A stretch of DNA of 64,000 nucleotides from Gammaproteobacteria bacterium (GCA_965277715.1 OZ255836.1:384001-448000); one strand, 5' to 3'; shown: positions 55,905-63,681, numbered from the stretch's first letter. Notes: generated by a model not told the origin, from the letters alone. Numbers and translations are program-made.

Positions 55905-56159
55905 ATGGCAACCAGCACTAACCATTTTGTCGATAATAAAATCACCATTGATCCTGATATTTGCAATGGAAAACCGACGATCCGTGGCAAACGGATAGCT
56001 GTACAAATGATTATAGAATTTTTGAGTGTCGGTGAATCGCCAGCAGAAATATTACGTCAATACCTCTCATTAGATGCTAGTGATATAGATCAAATGGTCG
56101 CCCTCACGAAAGGCAATGTGATAGATGGCTCCATTGCTGAATCACTGCAATGCCCCTAA
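55905..56159 (+). pseudogene. DUF433-family antitoxin (probably 3'-damaged)
   Basis: ITIDPDICNGKPTIRGKRI.V...LS.GES..EIL..Y..L...DI. Confidence 0.75.
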
Positions 56160-56161
56160 GA

Positions 56162-56230
56162 AGTTTATAAATAACCAAAAAATTATACTATTAATGTAAC
56201 TATAGAGATATTTATAAACTCATAGTTTAT
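56162..56230. promoter_or_regulatory. Inverted repeats upstream of abiEi (probable autoregulatory operator)
   Basis: AGTTTATAAATA (56162-56173) / TATTTATAAACT (56209-56220); ATAAACT-CAT-AGTTTAT (56214-56230). Confidence 0.6.
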
Positions 56231-56263
56231 TATATAGGGTATATAGATACTTTTAGTTTCACT

Positions 56264-57037
56264 ATGCCATCAAAACTAAACTGGTTACTCAGCAATACAA
56301 TGCCCGGTACACTCGTACTTCAAGCGTGGTTGAGTAAACATGGCATCAGCCCCTCACTTACCCAAAAATATGCCGCCAGCAATTGGCTGCAAAAAAGACG
56401 GGCGGGTGTGTATACCCGCACCGGCCGCTCGTCAGAATGGCTCGATGCGGTTCATTGCCTGCAAACGCAATGCGCACTTTCGGTTCACTTGGCCGGTATT
56501 TCCAGCCTGGCGTATCAAGGGCGCACGCATTACTTATCCCTGGGTGAGGAAACGGTATGGTTGGCACTGGAAGAAAAGGTGCACCTGCCCGCCTGGTTCA
56601 TGTACTTTGCCGACGAGCAATGGTATCGAATATCCAACGTCAAACTGACGCACTTTACTGAAGAGGACTTCTGCCACTTAACGATAAAACATACCGAAAT
56701 AAAGGCGAGTAATATGGAGCTGGCGGCTCTGGAAACGCTCGCCACAGTGTCAAATTCATTGTCGTTTGAACATGCGGCAAAGTTGTTCCAGGGTTTGGTC
56801 AACCTCAGCCCAATTAAGGTTCAGTCGCTGTTGGAGCGAAGCCGCTCTGTGCAAGTCAACCGATTGTTTCTATTTTTTGCCCACTACTACAAACACGCAT
56901 GGTTGAGCCGACTGGACGAAAGTAAAATAAATATCGGTTCGGGTAAACGGCAAATTGTCAAAGGCGGCAAGCTGGAGAAGCGCTATCAGATTACCGTGCC
57001 GGAAAATTACGCTAAAGATACAATAAACGGTGGATAA
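56264..57037 (+). CDS. Type IV TA antitoxin, AbiEi family
   Basis: SKLNWLL...PG, LP.WF, LFQGL.NLSP..VQSLLE...SVQVNRLFLF, GSGKRQIVKGG....YQITVP. Confidence 0.85.
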   Translation: MPSKLNWLLSNTMPGTLVLQAWLSKHGISPSLTQKYAASNWLQKRRAGVYTRTGRSSEWLDAVHCLQTQCALSVHLAGISSLAYQGRTHYLSLGEETVWLALEEKVHLPAWFMYFADEQWYRISNVKLTHFTEEDFCHLTIKHTEIKASNMELAALETLATVSNSLSFEHAAKLFQGLVNLSPIKVQSLLERSRSVQVNRLFLFFAHYYKHAWLSRLDESKINIGSGKRQIVKGGKLEKRYQITVPENYAKDTINGG

Positions 57038-57944
57038 AAACTCTTCACATTACAAGCAAGTTTCACTGCTGGTGCAAACACTCCCCTATATTGCGCGGGA
57101 GTCTTGTTTCGCCCTCAAAGGTGGCACGGCAATTAACTTATTTGTCCGGGATTTTCCACGATTATCCGTGGATATAGATCTGGTCTACCTGCCGTTTGAA
57201 CCGAGGGATAGTGCGCTAGTGCATATTAAGGAGGGGCTGCGGAGAATTAGCGATCAACTTAACCAGCAACTTGCACTATCGGCGGTGCTGCAAGATGTCA
57301 AACCTGACGAAATGCGCATTATTGTTGAATCCAGTGAAGCACAAATAAAGATTGAAGTTTCCCCTGTAGCTAGAGGCACACTTTACCCACCGGTAGCAAT
57401 GGATATTGTCAAATCTGCTGAAAGGGAGTTTGGGTTTGCCTCCCTGCCTGTCGTCTCTATGGCCGACTTATATGGCGGAAAACTGTGTGCTGCTTTGGAT
57501 AGGCAACACCCCAGAGACTTATTTGATATCAAGTTATTGCTTGAGGCGACGGGTGTTGAACGGGACGTATTTGACGGGTTCATTACCTATGCGCTTTGTC
57601 ATAGCAGGCCAATAGCGGAAATATTCGCCCCGAATTGGCGGGATATAAGCGAGGATTTTTATAGCTAATTTTACGGAATGGCGAAGCAGGCAATAACGGC
57701 GAAAGAATTGGCTGACGTACCCTTCCAAATGCTCAAGGCGTTGAAGGCAAATTTTACTCCGAGGGATCACCACTTTATAATGTCGTTCAAAAGTGGAAAA
57801 CCCGACTGGGAGTATGCGCCGAATGAACGTATCTAAGATTTACCTGCTATAAAGTGAAAACTAATGAATATTCAAAAAATGCCTGCGGATAAGCACCAAA
57901 AACCGGTAGAAAAACTGAAAATGGTATTGGATACATGGCTGTGA
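57030..57944 (+). pseudogene. Type IV TA toxin AbiEii with three in-frame nonsense codons
   Basis: FALKGGTAINLF, RLSVDIDL, GKLCAALDRQHPRDLFD; the frame continues past three internal stops (first at 57666) to TGA 57944. Confidence 0.85.
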
Positions 57945-58093
57945 ATCACCAACCATAGTAAAACCTATAGGCAGCGCCTGATAGTTTCGTACCAGATGAC
58001 AAGGAAAATTAAGAACATCCAATAACAATCTTCACCGCTTATTGGCAGTGAGCGACAATCAGTACTTGAAGGCATACCTAACCTAATGGATGA

Positions 58094-58240
58094 TGTCTCT
58101 GTGTTTCCCGTTATAGTCGTGTTAGTAGTCTTTCTCCTGCAACTGATTATGTAAAGAGTGGGCTGTCAGACGGCAGTTTGAAGAGTGTGTTTGAGCAGGT
58201 TTGTAATTTTTTAGAAAATATTAAATATGACTGACCCCTT
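58094..58240 (+). mobile_element. 3' remnant of a divergent RAYT-like transposase ending in the TGACCCC end motif
   Basis: RYSRVSSLSPATDYVKSGLSDGSLKSVFEQV resembles the HTH tail RYGSVSTAIRHFETQLAGDLTLQKLL; its stop TGA is part of TGACCCC (58232-58238). Confidence 0.5.
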
Positions 58241-58312
58241 GGGTTGTCAGCATAATTTTGATTATAATGGGGATAATCCCTTGGGTTTAAGAAGCGGCCA
58301 TTTACCGATTGA

Positions 58313-58756
58313 ATGAGTGAAATTATGGATTGGATGCGTCTAGATAAATATGAGGAAGCAAATAATGTTCTTGCGGATATAGATTGGCCACACTCTTTCA
58401 TTAGAGAAGCCCATATTGTATCGCCAAGTTACATTTTACCTGATAGCTTAGGAACAGTCGCACCTGATTATTTGCCATCTGCAAGAGTGTTTATTAGTAG
58501 TGCTTCTAGAAAAATTCCAGGGTTAGAATTATTATTTGTAGAAACAGAGGAATTTTCTGCTTGGTTTAATGGTGAATTAGAACCAGATATTTCAATTTTT
58601 GAAGATAGAGTTAAATGGAAATTCTATAAATTTCATGCCTCGATAGTATCTAAGCGTTTGTATTATAGATTTTTGGAAGTTAATTCTTGGGGTAGAAATT
58701 TGCACTATGGCTGGGAAGATGTTTACAGCGAAAAAGGGGAGTTAGTCATTTTATGA
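58313..58756 (+). CDS. Cassette A ORF, acidic/aromatic hypothetical protein (immunity-like)
   Basis: AT-rich 147-aa ORF; ATGA overlap with an upstream start-less frame. Confidence 0.65.
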   Translation: MSEIMDWMRLDKYEEANNVLADIDWPHSFIREAHIVSPSYILPDSLGTVAPDYLPSARVFISSASRKIPGLELLFVETEEFSAWFNGELEPDISIFEDRVKWKFYKFHASIVSKRLYYRFLEVNSWGRNLHYGWEDVYSEKGELVIL

Positions 58757-58767
58757 ATATTGTAGCG

Positions 58768-58818
58768 TTGTAGCGTGCCATTTTCTGGTAGTATAAATTC
58801 CCAAATTATCGATCATAA
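58768..58818 (+). repeat. 51-bp cassette-end repeat, copy 1
   Basis: 48/51 identical to 60730-60780. Confidence 0.9.
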
Positions 58819-58888
58819 GGGAATATAAAGCGCGAATTCAAGTAGTAAGTGCAATTCCTTCTAAATTAACGGTACAAATTGTTTATGA

Positions 58889-59693
58889 TAAAAGGGTCAA
58901 GTATACTATTGCATAATTTTGGTGTACTGCTATACTCCTTAAATGCCAAGACCTCTACGCATAGAGTATGAAAACGCCTACTACCACGTAACGTACCGAT
59001 GCACCGTTATTGCAGAGGCGTTACAAAGCGATCTGCATTGAAGAAAATAGTTATCAGCTTCAACTCTCTCGCTATATTCACCGAAACCCGCTGGAAGCTA
59101 GGTTAGTAAAGAATTTGGCGGATTACCCCTGGTCCAGTTACAACGATTATGCAAATGGTCGTTCATCACAGGAGTGGCTTTACCAGGGGGATATCCAGGC
59201 TCAGCTCGGTGTGCCTCATCAGCGGTATTTTGCGCAACGATACTGAGTTTATGTGGAGCAAGGCATTGATGAAGAAATCAGGCGATTCTACGGACGGGGA
59301 AATCAAATGCCTTATTTGGGCAGTGAGGATTTCCGCAGTTGGGCCTACGAGCAACGTGAAACTATAGATAGTGCAGTTAACCGTAGTGACTTACAGCAGT
59401 TTAGACCTATGGTAGGTGAATGGATTATTCGGGTGTCGAAATCGTTGAAGATTGAGCGTGAAGATATCCTCCGACCGTCAAGGGGAGGGTTGAAAGCGAA
59501 AGTAGCGAGAGATTTATGTATGTACCTGTGTCGAGAAGAGGGTGGGCATAAGTTGGTAGATATTGCCGAAGTCTTCGGTTTCAAGCGATACGGTAGTGTA
59601 TCAACAGCTATTAGGCACTTTTAAACTCAATTGGCAGGTGATTTAACGTTGCAAAAATTACTTAAAAAACTTATATGATACATGACCCTTTTA
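58889..59693 (+). mobile_element. RAYT-like element copy 1, defective (224-bp deletion plus nonsense codons), ends retained
   Basis: Near-identical to 60883-61917; ends TAAAAGGGTCAAGTAT / ATACATGACCCTTTTA (15/16 inverted match). Confidence 0.92.
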
Positions 59694-59726
59694 CTGATAG
59701 AAGGGGTGGTTCTCGGAGGGGGGGCT

Positions 59727-60092
59727 GTGATTAGAAATTTTCTTGTTGTATTTTTTTTAATTATATTATATTCATTTTCATTGTTTTTTTCGGAATTAAT
59801 TTTTTGGTTTTACGCAATAATTAGCCCTATAATAGTTAGTACTCTGGGATATAGTGCCTTATTGCTATCTCCTATAGTGAAAAGATTTATCCTCTCATTT
59901 GTGCCTTTAGTATCACTGCCAGTTACAGTATTTTTTCCAAATTTAGAAAATAACCAAATAATTATCTTTTTACATTTTTTTGTAATTGGTTTTGCTTTAA
60001 CTCAATTGTATGAGGCAACTTTGTGGATTTTTGAGTTGGTTTTTTCTATTTTTATAAAAATAAAAAACCACGTTCTTAGAACGTGGTTTTGA
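59727..60092 (+). CDS. Cassette B ORF1, multi-pass membrane protein (immunity-like)
   Basis: GTG start after GGAGG; very hydrophobic and AT-rich. Confidence 0.6.
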   Translation: MIRNFLVVFFLIILYSFSLFFSELIFWFYAIISPIIVSTLGYSALLLSPIVKRFILSFVPLVSLPVTVFFPNLENNQIIIFLHFFVIGFALTQLYEATLWIFELVFSIFIKIKNHVLRTWF

Positions 60093-60394
60093 CTTCATAG
60101 TATTTTGGGTTTTCAAAGAGCTTTCTTATTTGTGAGAAAAGCCGTATTGGGATAACCAGCTTTAGATGAAAGGGGTATTGTGTAGGTGCAGCAGGAGTGG
60201 GAGCAGAGATAATACGGGGTATCAAGAGAAAGTGGAAAGAAGCTTAGAACTAAATTTTTAGATCTATTTATAGCCGAAGCGCGATGACGGGTAGCCTGTC
60301 TTCTATGAAAGCTGGCTTTATACGCTCTTCTAGAGCGTGAATTTTTACTTAAACCATTGTTACTATCGATGATGACTAGCTGGTGAATTTAATT

Positions 60395-60859
60395 ATGCAT
60401 AATTTTCATTATATTTTTTATTTGTTACTTTTTATATTCGCAATTATAGGTCTTTTATTTCAAATTAAATTAAAACGTTTATTACTTGAAAAAGAGAAAA
60501 TTTTCTGTGAATCGATTTCTTTAACAAATAGTTTTCTAACAGATAGTCCAAGAGCGTCATGGAAATTTTTGATGCTGATAGTTTTTGATACTAATAGAGA
60601 ATCTTTATCAAATGGTGAAGTTCTAGTTAAATTGAAAAAGGCGAAAATATTTTTTTATATATACATTGTAATTTTTTTTATCTACGTGGCTTTTTTTTTA
60701 GCTGTGGCGAGCGGTGTTTGTCAAGGTAATTGTGGCGTGCCATTTTCTGATCGTATAAATTCCCAAATTATCGATCATAATATTTTTCAGCTTTCCAACG
60801 TTTTTGCCACACTCTGTGTCATAACAAAAAATATTTTTACCATCACTGCTGTCTCGTGA
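60395..60859 (+). CDS. Cassette B ORF2, small membrane protein (UspB-like topology); frame runs through the 51-bp repeat
   Basis: TM, basic linker, SPRASWKFL, second TM; AT-rich. Confidence 0.55.
   Translation: MHNFHYIFYLLLFIFAIIGLLFQIKLKRLLLEKEKIFCESISLTNSFLTDSPRASWKFLMLIVFDTNRESLSNGEVLVKLKKAKIFFYIYIVIFFIYVAFFLAVASGVCQGNCGVPFSDRINSQIIDHNIFQLSNVFATLCVITKNIFTITAVS
60730..60780 (+). repeat. 51-bp cassette-end repeat, copy 2
   Basis: TTGTGGCGTGCCATTTTCTGATCGTATAAATTCCCAAATTATCGATCATAA. Confidence 0.9.
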
Positions 60860-60882
60860 AGATAAAGGGGCCAAGAATAAGA

Positions 60883-61917
60883 AAATAAAGGGGTCAAGTA
60901 TACTATTGCATAATTTTGGTGTGCTGCTATACTCCTCAAATGCCAAGACCTCTACGCATAGAGTACGAAAATGCCTACTATCACGTAATGAACCGAGGTA
61001 GGGGAAGGCAGCGTATATTTCCTGACGATGAGTACTACTCGCTTTTTCTTGAACTCCTTGCGCAGGCTTATAGACGTTTTGGCCTACAGGTTCTTTGCTA
61101 TTGCTTGATGAGTAACCACTATCACTTATTGGTGAAGACACCGGAAGCTAATTTGGGACGGTGTATGCGGCACATCAATGGGCTTTATACACAGCGGTAC
61201 AATAAACAGAAACGTACCGATGGGCCGTTATTTCAGGGGCGTTACAAAGCGATCTGCATTGAAGAAGATAGCTATCAGCTTCAACTCTCTCGCTATATTC
61301 ATCGAAACCCATTGGAAGCCAGGTTAGTAAAGGATTTGGCAGATTACCCTTGGTCCAGTTACAACGATTATGCAAATGGTCGTTCATCACAGGAGTGGCT
61401 TTACCAGGGGGATATCCAGGCTCAGCTCGGTGTGCCTCATCAGCGGTATTTTGCGCAACGATACCGGGCTTATGTGGAGCAAGGCATTGATGAAGAAATC
61501 AGGCGATTCTACGGACGGGGAAATCAAATGCCTTATTTGGGCAGTGAGGATTTCCGCAGTTGGGCCTACGAGCAACGTGAAACTATAGATAGTGCAGTTA
61601 ACCGTAGTGACTTACAGCAGTTTAGACCTACGGTAGATGAATGGATTATTCGGGTGTCGAAATCGTTGAAGATTGAGCGTGAAGATATCCTCCGACCATC
61701 AAGGGGAGAGTTGAAAGCGAAAGTAGCGAGAGATTTATGTATGTACCTGTGTCGGGAAGAGGGTGGGCATAAGTTGGTAGATATTGCCGAAGTCTTCGGT
61801 TTCAAGCGATATGGTAGTGTATCAACAGCTATTAGGCACTTTGAAACTCAATTGGCAGGTGATTTAACGTTACAAAAATTACTTAAAAAACTTATATGGT
61901 ACTTGACCCCTTTATTT
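60883..61917 (+). mobile_element. RAYT-like element copy 2, intact, with perfect 18-bp terminal inverted repeats
   Basis: AAATAAAGGGGTCAAGTA (60883-60900) / TACTTGACCCCTTTATTT (61900-61917). Confidence 0.92.
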
Positions 61918-61923
61918 ATGTAA
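60940..61923 (+). CDS. RAYT/TnpA(REP)-like Y1 HUH transposase with C-terminal DnaA-domain-IV-like HTH
   Basis: MPRPLR..YYHVMNRG, YCLMSNHYHLL (HUH), LFQGRYKA, YIHRNP (catalytic Tyr), YPWSSY, ARDLCMYLCRE...L.DIAEVFG. Confidence 0.92.
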   Translation: MPRPLRIEYENAYYHVMNRGRGRQRIFPDDEYYSLFLELLAQAYRRFGLQVLCYCLMSNHYHLLVKTPEANLGRCMRHINGLYTQRYNKQKRTDGPLFQGRYKAICIEEDSYQLQLSRYIHRNPLEARLVKDLADYPWSSYNDYANGRSSQEWLYQGDIQAQLGVPHQRYFAQRYRAYVEQGIDEEIRRFYGRGNQMPYLGSEDFRSWAYEQRETIDSAVNRSDLQQFRPTVDEWIIRVSKSLKIEREDILRPSRGELKAKVARDLCMYLCREEGGHKLVDIAEVFGFKRYGSVSTAIRHFETQLAGDLTLQKLLKKLIWYLTPLFM

Positions 61924-62113
61924 AAACAGTTGATGAAGCACCTGCTTTGGCTCTTGGTGTGACCCGTGCACGTAATTTTACTAAATTGTCTGTTACAAAT
62001 TTTGGTAAGTTATCAATTGCGGCTGAAGTTTTATCCGATATAGATCGAGGTTATGAGGCTTATTTCGGTGATTAAAGAGAGATGAGTTCGATAGTTTTTA
62101 ATTAAAATTATTT

Positions 62114-62581
62114 ATGAAATATACAATTTCTAAAAAATATATAAAGCGAGTAAAAAGAAGTCCTGTCTCCTATACAGTATTAGGGGTGGTATTAGGTAGT
62201 ATTCCACTTTTAGGCAAGGAAGTTCCTGTATATATAGGTGTATCTGTCACTATTAGTGTCGCTATCTTAATGGGAGGGGCTCGCTGGCTTTGGGTGAAAA
62301 AGCGAGTTAAGTTATATTATGAGCATAAACTTGAGGTGTCTCAAGGGAATTTAACCCTTGAAAATGAGGGAATGAAATCAACGTTACAATTATCTTTTGT
62401 GCATAAAATTATATTATATAAAAAAGGAAATTCTGTACATTTAATAGCTATTGAGAACACTAAAGGTTATAAAGAATGGTTATATCAATATGAAAATATG
62501 AGTGAATTGGCTGATAGTTTACAAAAATATGTTCCACTAGAAAAGATTAAAGTGAAAAGTTGGCTTTATTTATATTTGTAG
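62114..62581 (+). CDS. Cassette C ORF, two TMs plus a beta-rich soluble domain (immunity-like)
   Basis: AT-rich 155-aa ORF downstream of a 56-codon start-less frame. Confidence 0.65.
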   Translation: MKYTISKKYIKRVKRSPVSYTVLGVVLGSIPLLGKEVPVYIGVSVTISVAILMGGARWLWVKKRVKLYYEHKLEVSQGNLTLENEGMKSTLQLSFVHKIILYKKGNSVHLIAIENTKGYKEWLYQYENMSELADSLQKYVPLEKIKVKSWLYLYL

Positions 62582-62638
62582 TATAACACTGCTGTCCCGT
62601 TAAGAAGAGATAAGGAGGCCTGATAAAGGAAGATAAAG

Positions 62639-62797
62639 AAATAAAGGGGTCAAGTATACTATTGCATGATTTTGGTGTGCTGCTATACTCCTTAAATGCC
62701 AAGACCTCTACGCATAGAGTATGAAAACGCCTACTACCACGTAATGAACCGAGGTAGGGGAAGACAGCGTATATTTCCTGGCGATGAGTACTATTAA
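62639..62797 (+). mobile_element. RAYT-like element copy 3: left end and first 33 codons only
   Basis: Same left IR, promoter and MPRPLRIEYENAYYHVMNRGRGRQRIF; identity stops at about 62793. Confidence 0.92.
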
Positions 62798-63466
62798 AAA
62801 CACTGCCGGGTGTAGGGCCTCTGGTCGCCACTACCTTGTTTACAGCAATGGGCGATCCGGGTTTTTATAAAAACGGGCGTGAGTTTTCCGCCTTTTTAGG
62901 TCTCGTTCCTCGTCAATATAGTTCGGGGGGCAAAACACAACTCAAAGGTATCAGTAAACGCGGGGACGAACACGTGCGCACTTTGTTGATACAGGGGGCG
63001 CAAGCGGCATTAAGTCGAATGCCTAAACACGATGATGGGCTAAGTCGTTGGGCCTGTCGTGTCAAAGCACGTCGGGGCCATTGTGTGGCGGCGGTGGCAT
63101 TGGCCAATAAGCTCGCCAGAATTAGCTGGGCGGTAGCGGCTAATAATACAACTTACGCGCATAAAACAGCTTAATAACGTCGTTGGATATTTCTTACCAC
63201 GAGGTAGCGAAAGAGCAGTAAAGGGTATAACAGGTTAAACCGGCTCAGACAGAACCTGGAGGGGTCATGGTCTTCACAGACCGATTGCTTGATGAGGTGT
63301 CTGAGCACGGTTCCCATTATGGCTCTGGACGGATAAACAAATACAATCCGTCCTATCGAGAAGCCGGATATATGACTGCTAACCTTATTTACTGTGACTG
63401 CACTGAACGCTAAAAAATGAATGAACGATTAAAAAATTGTTGAATTTAACTGCGGGTCCATATATG
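62794..63466 (+). mobile_element. IS110-family (IS1111-type) element, 3' half and right end
   Basis: LKTLPGVGP, FSAFLGLVPRQYSSGGK, ISKRGD..VR.LLIQGA, VALANKLARI (stop 63174); about 290-bp 3' non-coding end finishing GGTCCATATATG. Confidence 0.9.
63230..63380 (+). ncRNA. Predicted bridge/seek RNA of the IS1111-type element
   Basis: Stems GCTCAGACA/TGTCTGAGC, GGTCT/AGACC, GGCT/AGCC, GGACGGAT/ATCCGTCC enclose two internal loops with target- and donor-matching segments. Confidence 0.7.
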
Positions 63467-63476
63467 ACCCCTTTAT
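63465..63476 (+). repeat. Outer part of the right IR of RAYT-like copy 3
   Basis: TGACCCCTTTAT directly after the IS end. Confidence 0.85.
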
Positions 63477-63509
63477 ACTGGCTACACCAAACTGCGCCAA
63501 GATATAATC

Positions 63510-63681
63510 TACGCTAAAGATACGACAAACGATGGATAAAAACTCCTCATACTACAAGCAAATTTCACTGCCAGTGCAAACACTCCTCTATATTGCGCGG
63601 GAGTCTTGTTTCGCCCTCAAAGGTGGTACGGCAATGAACTTATTTGTCCGAGATTTTCCACGATTATCCGTGGATATAGAT
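63510..63681 (+). pseudogene. 172-bp diverged duplicate of the abiEi end / abiEii start
   Basis: Ungapped match to 57008-57179. Confidence 0.9.

Noticed and set aside
58244-58272. dif-like site (GCATAA-TTTTGA-TTATAAT), sharing GCATAATTTTG with the transposase promoter
   Set aside because: The outer arms fit XerC/XerD consensus poorly, the region is AT-rich, and it lies within a plausible coding tail.
59253-59624. Separate DnaA-like gene
   Set aside because: It is the C-terminal HTH part of defective transposase copy 1.
59682-59726. ATG at 59682 as start of cassette B ORF1
   Set aside because: The ATG arises from a variant base inside the IR; GTG 59727 has the RBS.
58239-62638. Integron with attC sites
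   Set aside because: No IntI and no RYYYAAC...GTTRRRY hairpins after the cassette ORFs; the boundaries are TGACCCC-type IRs.
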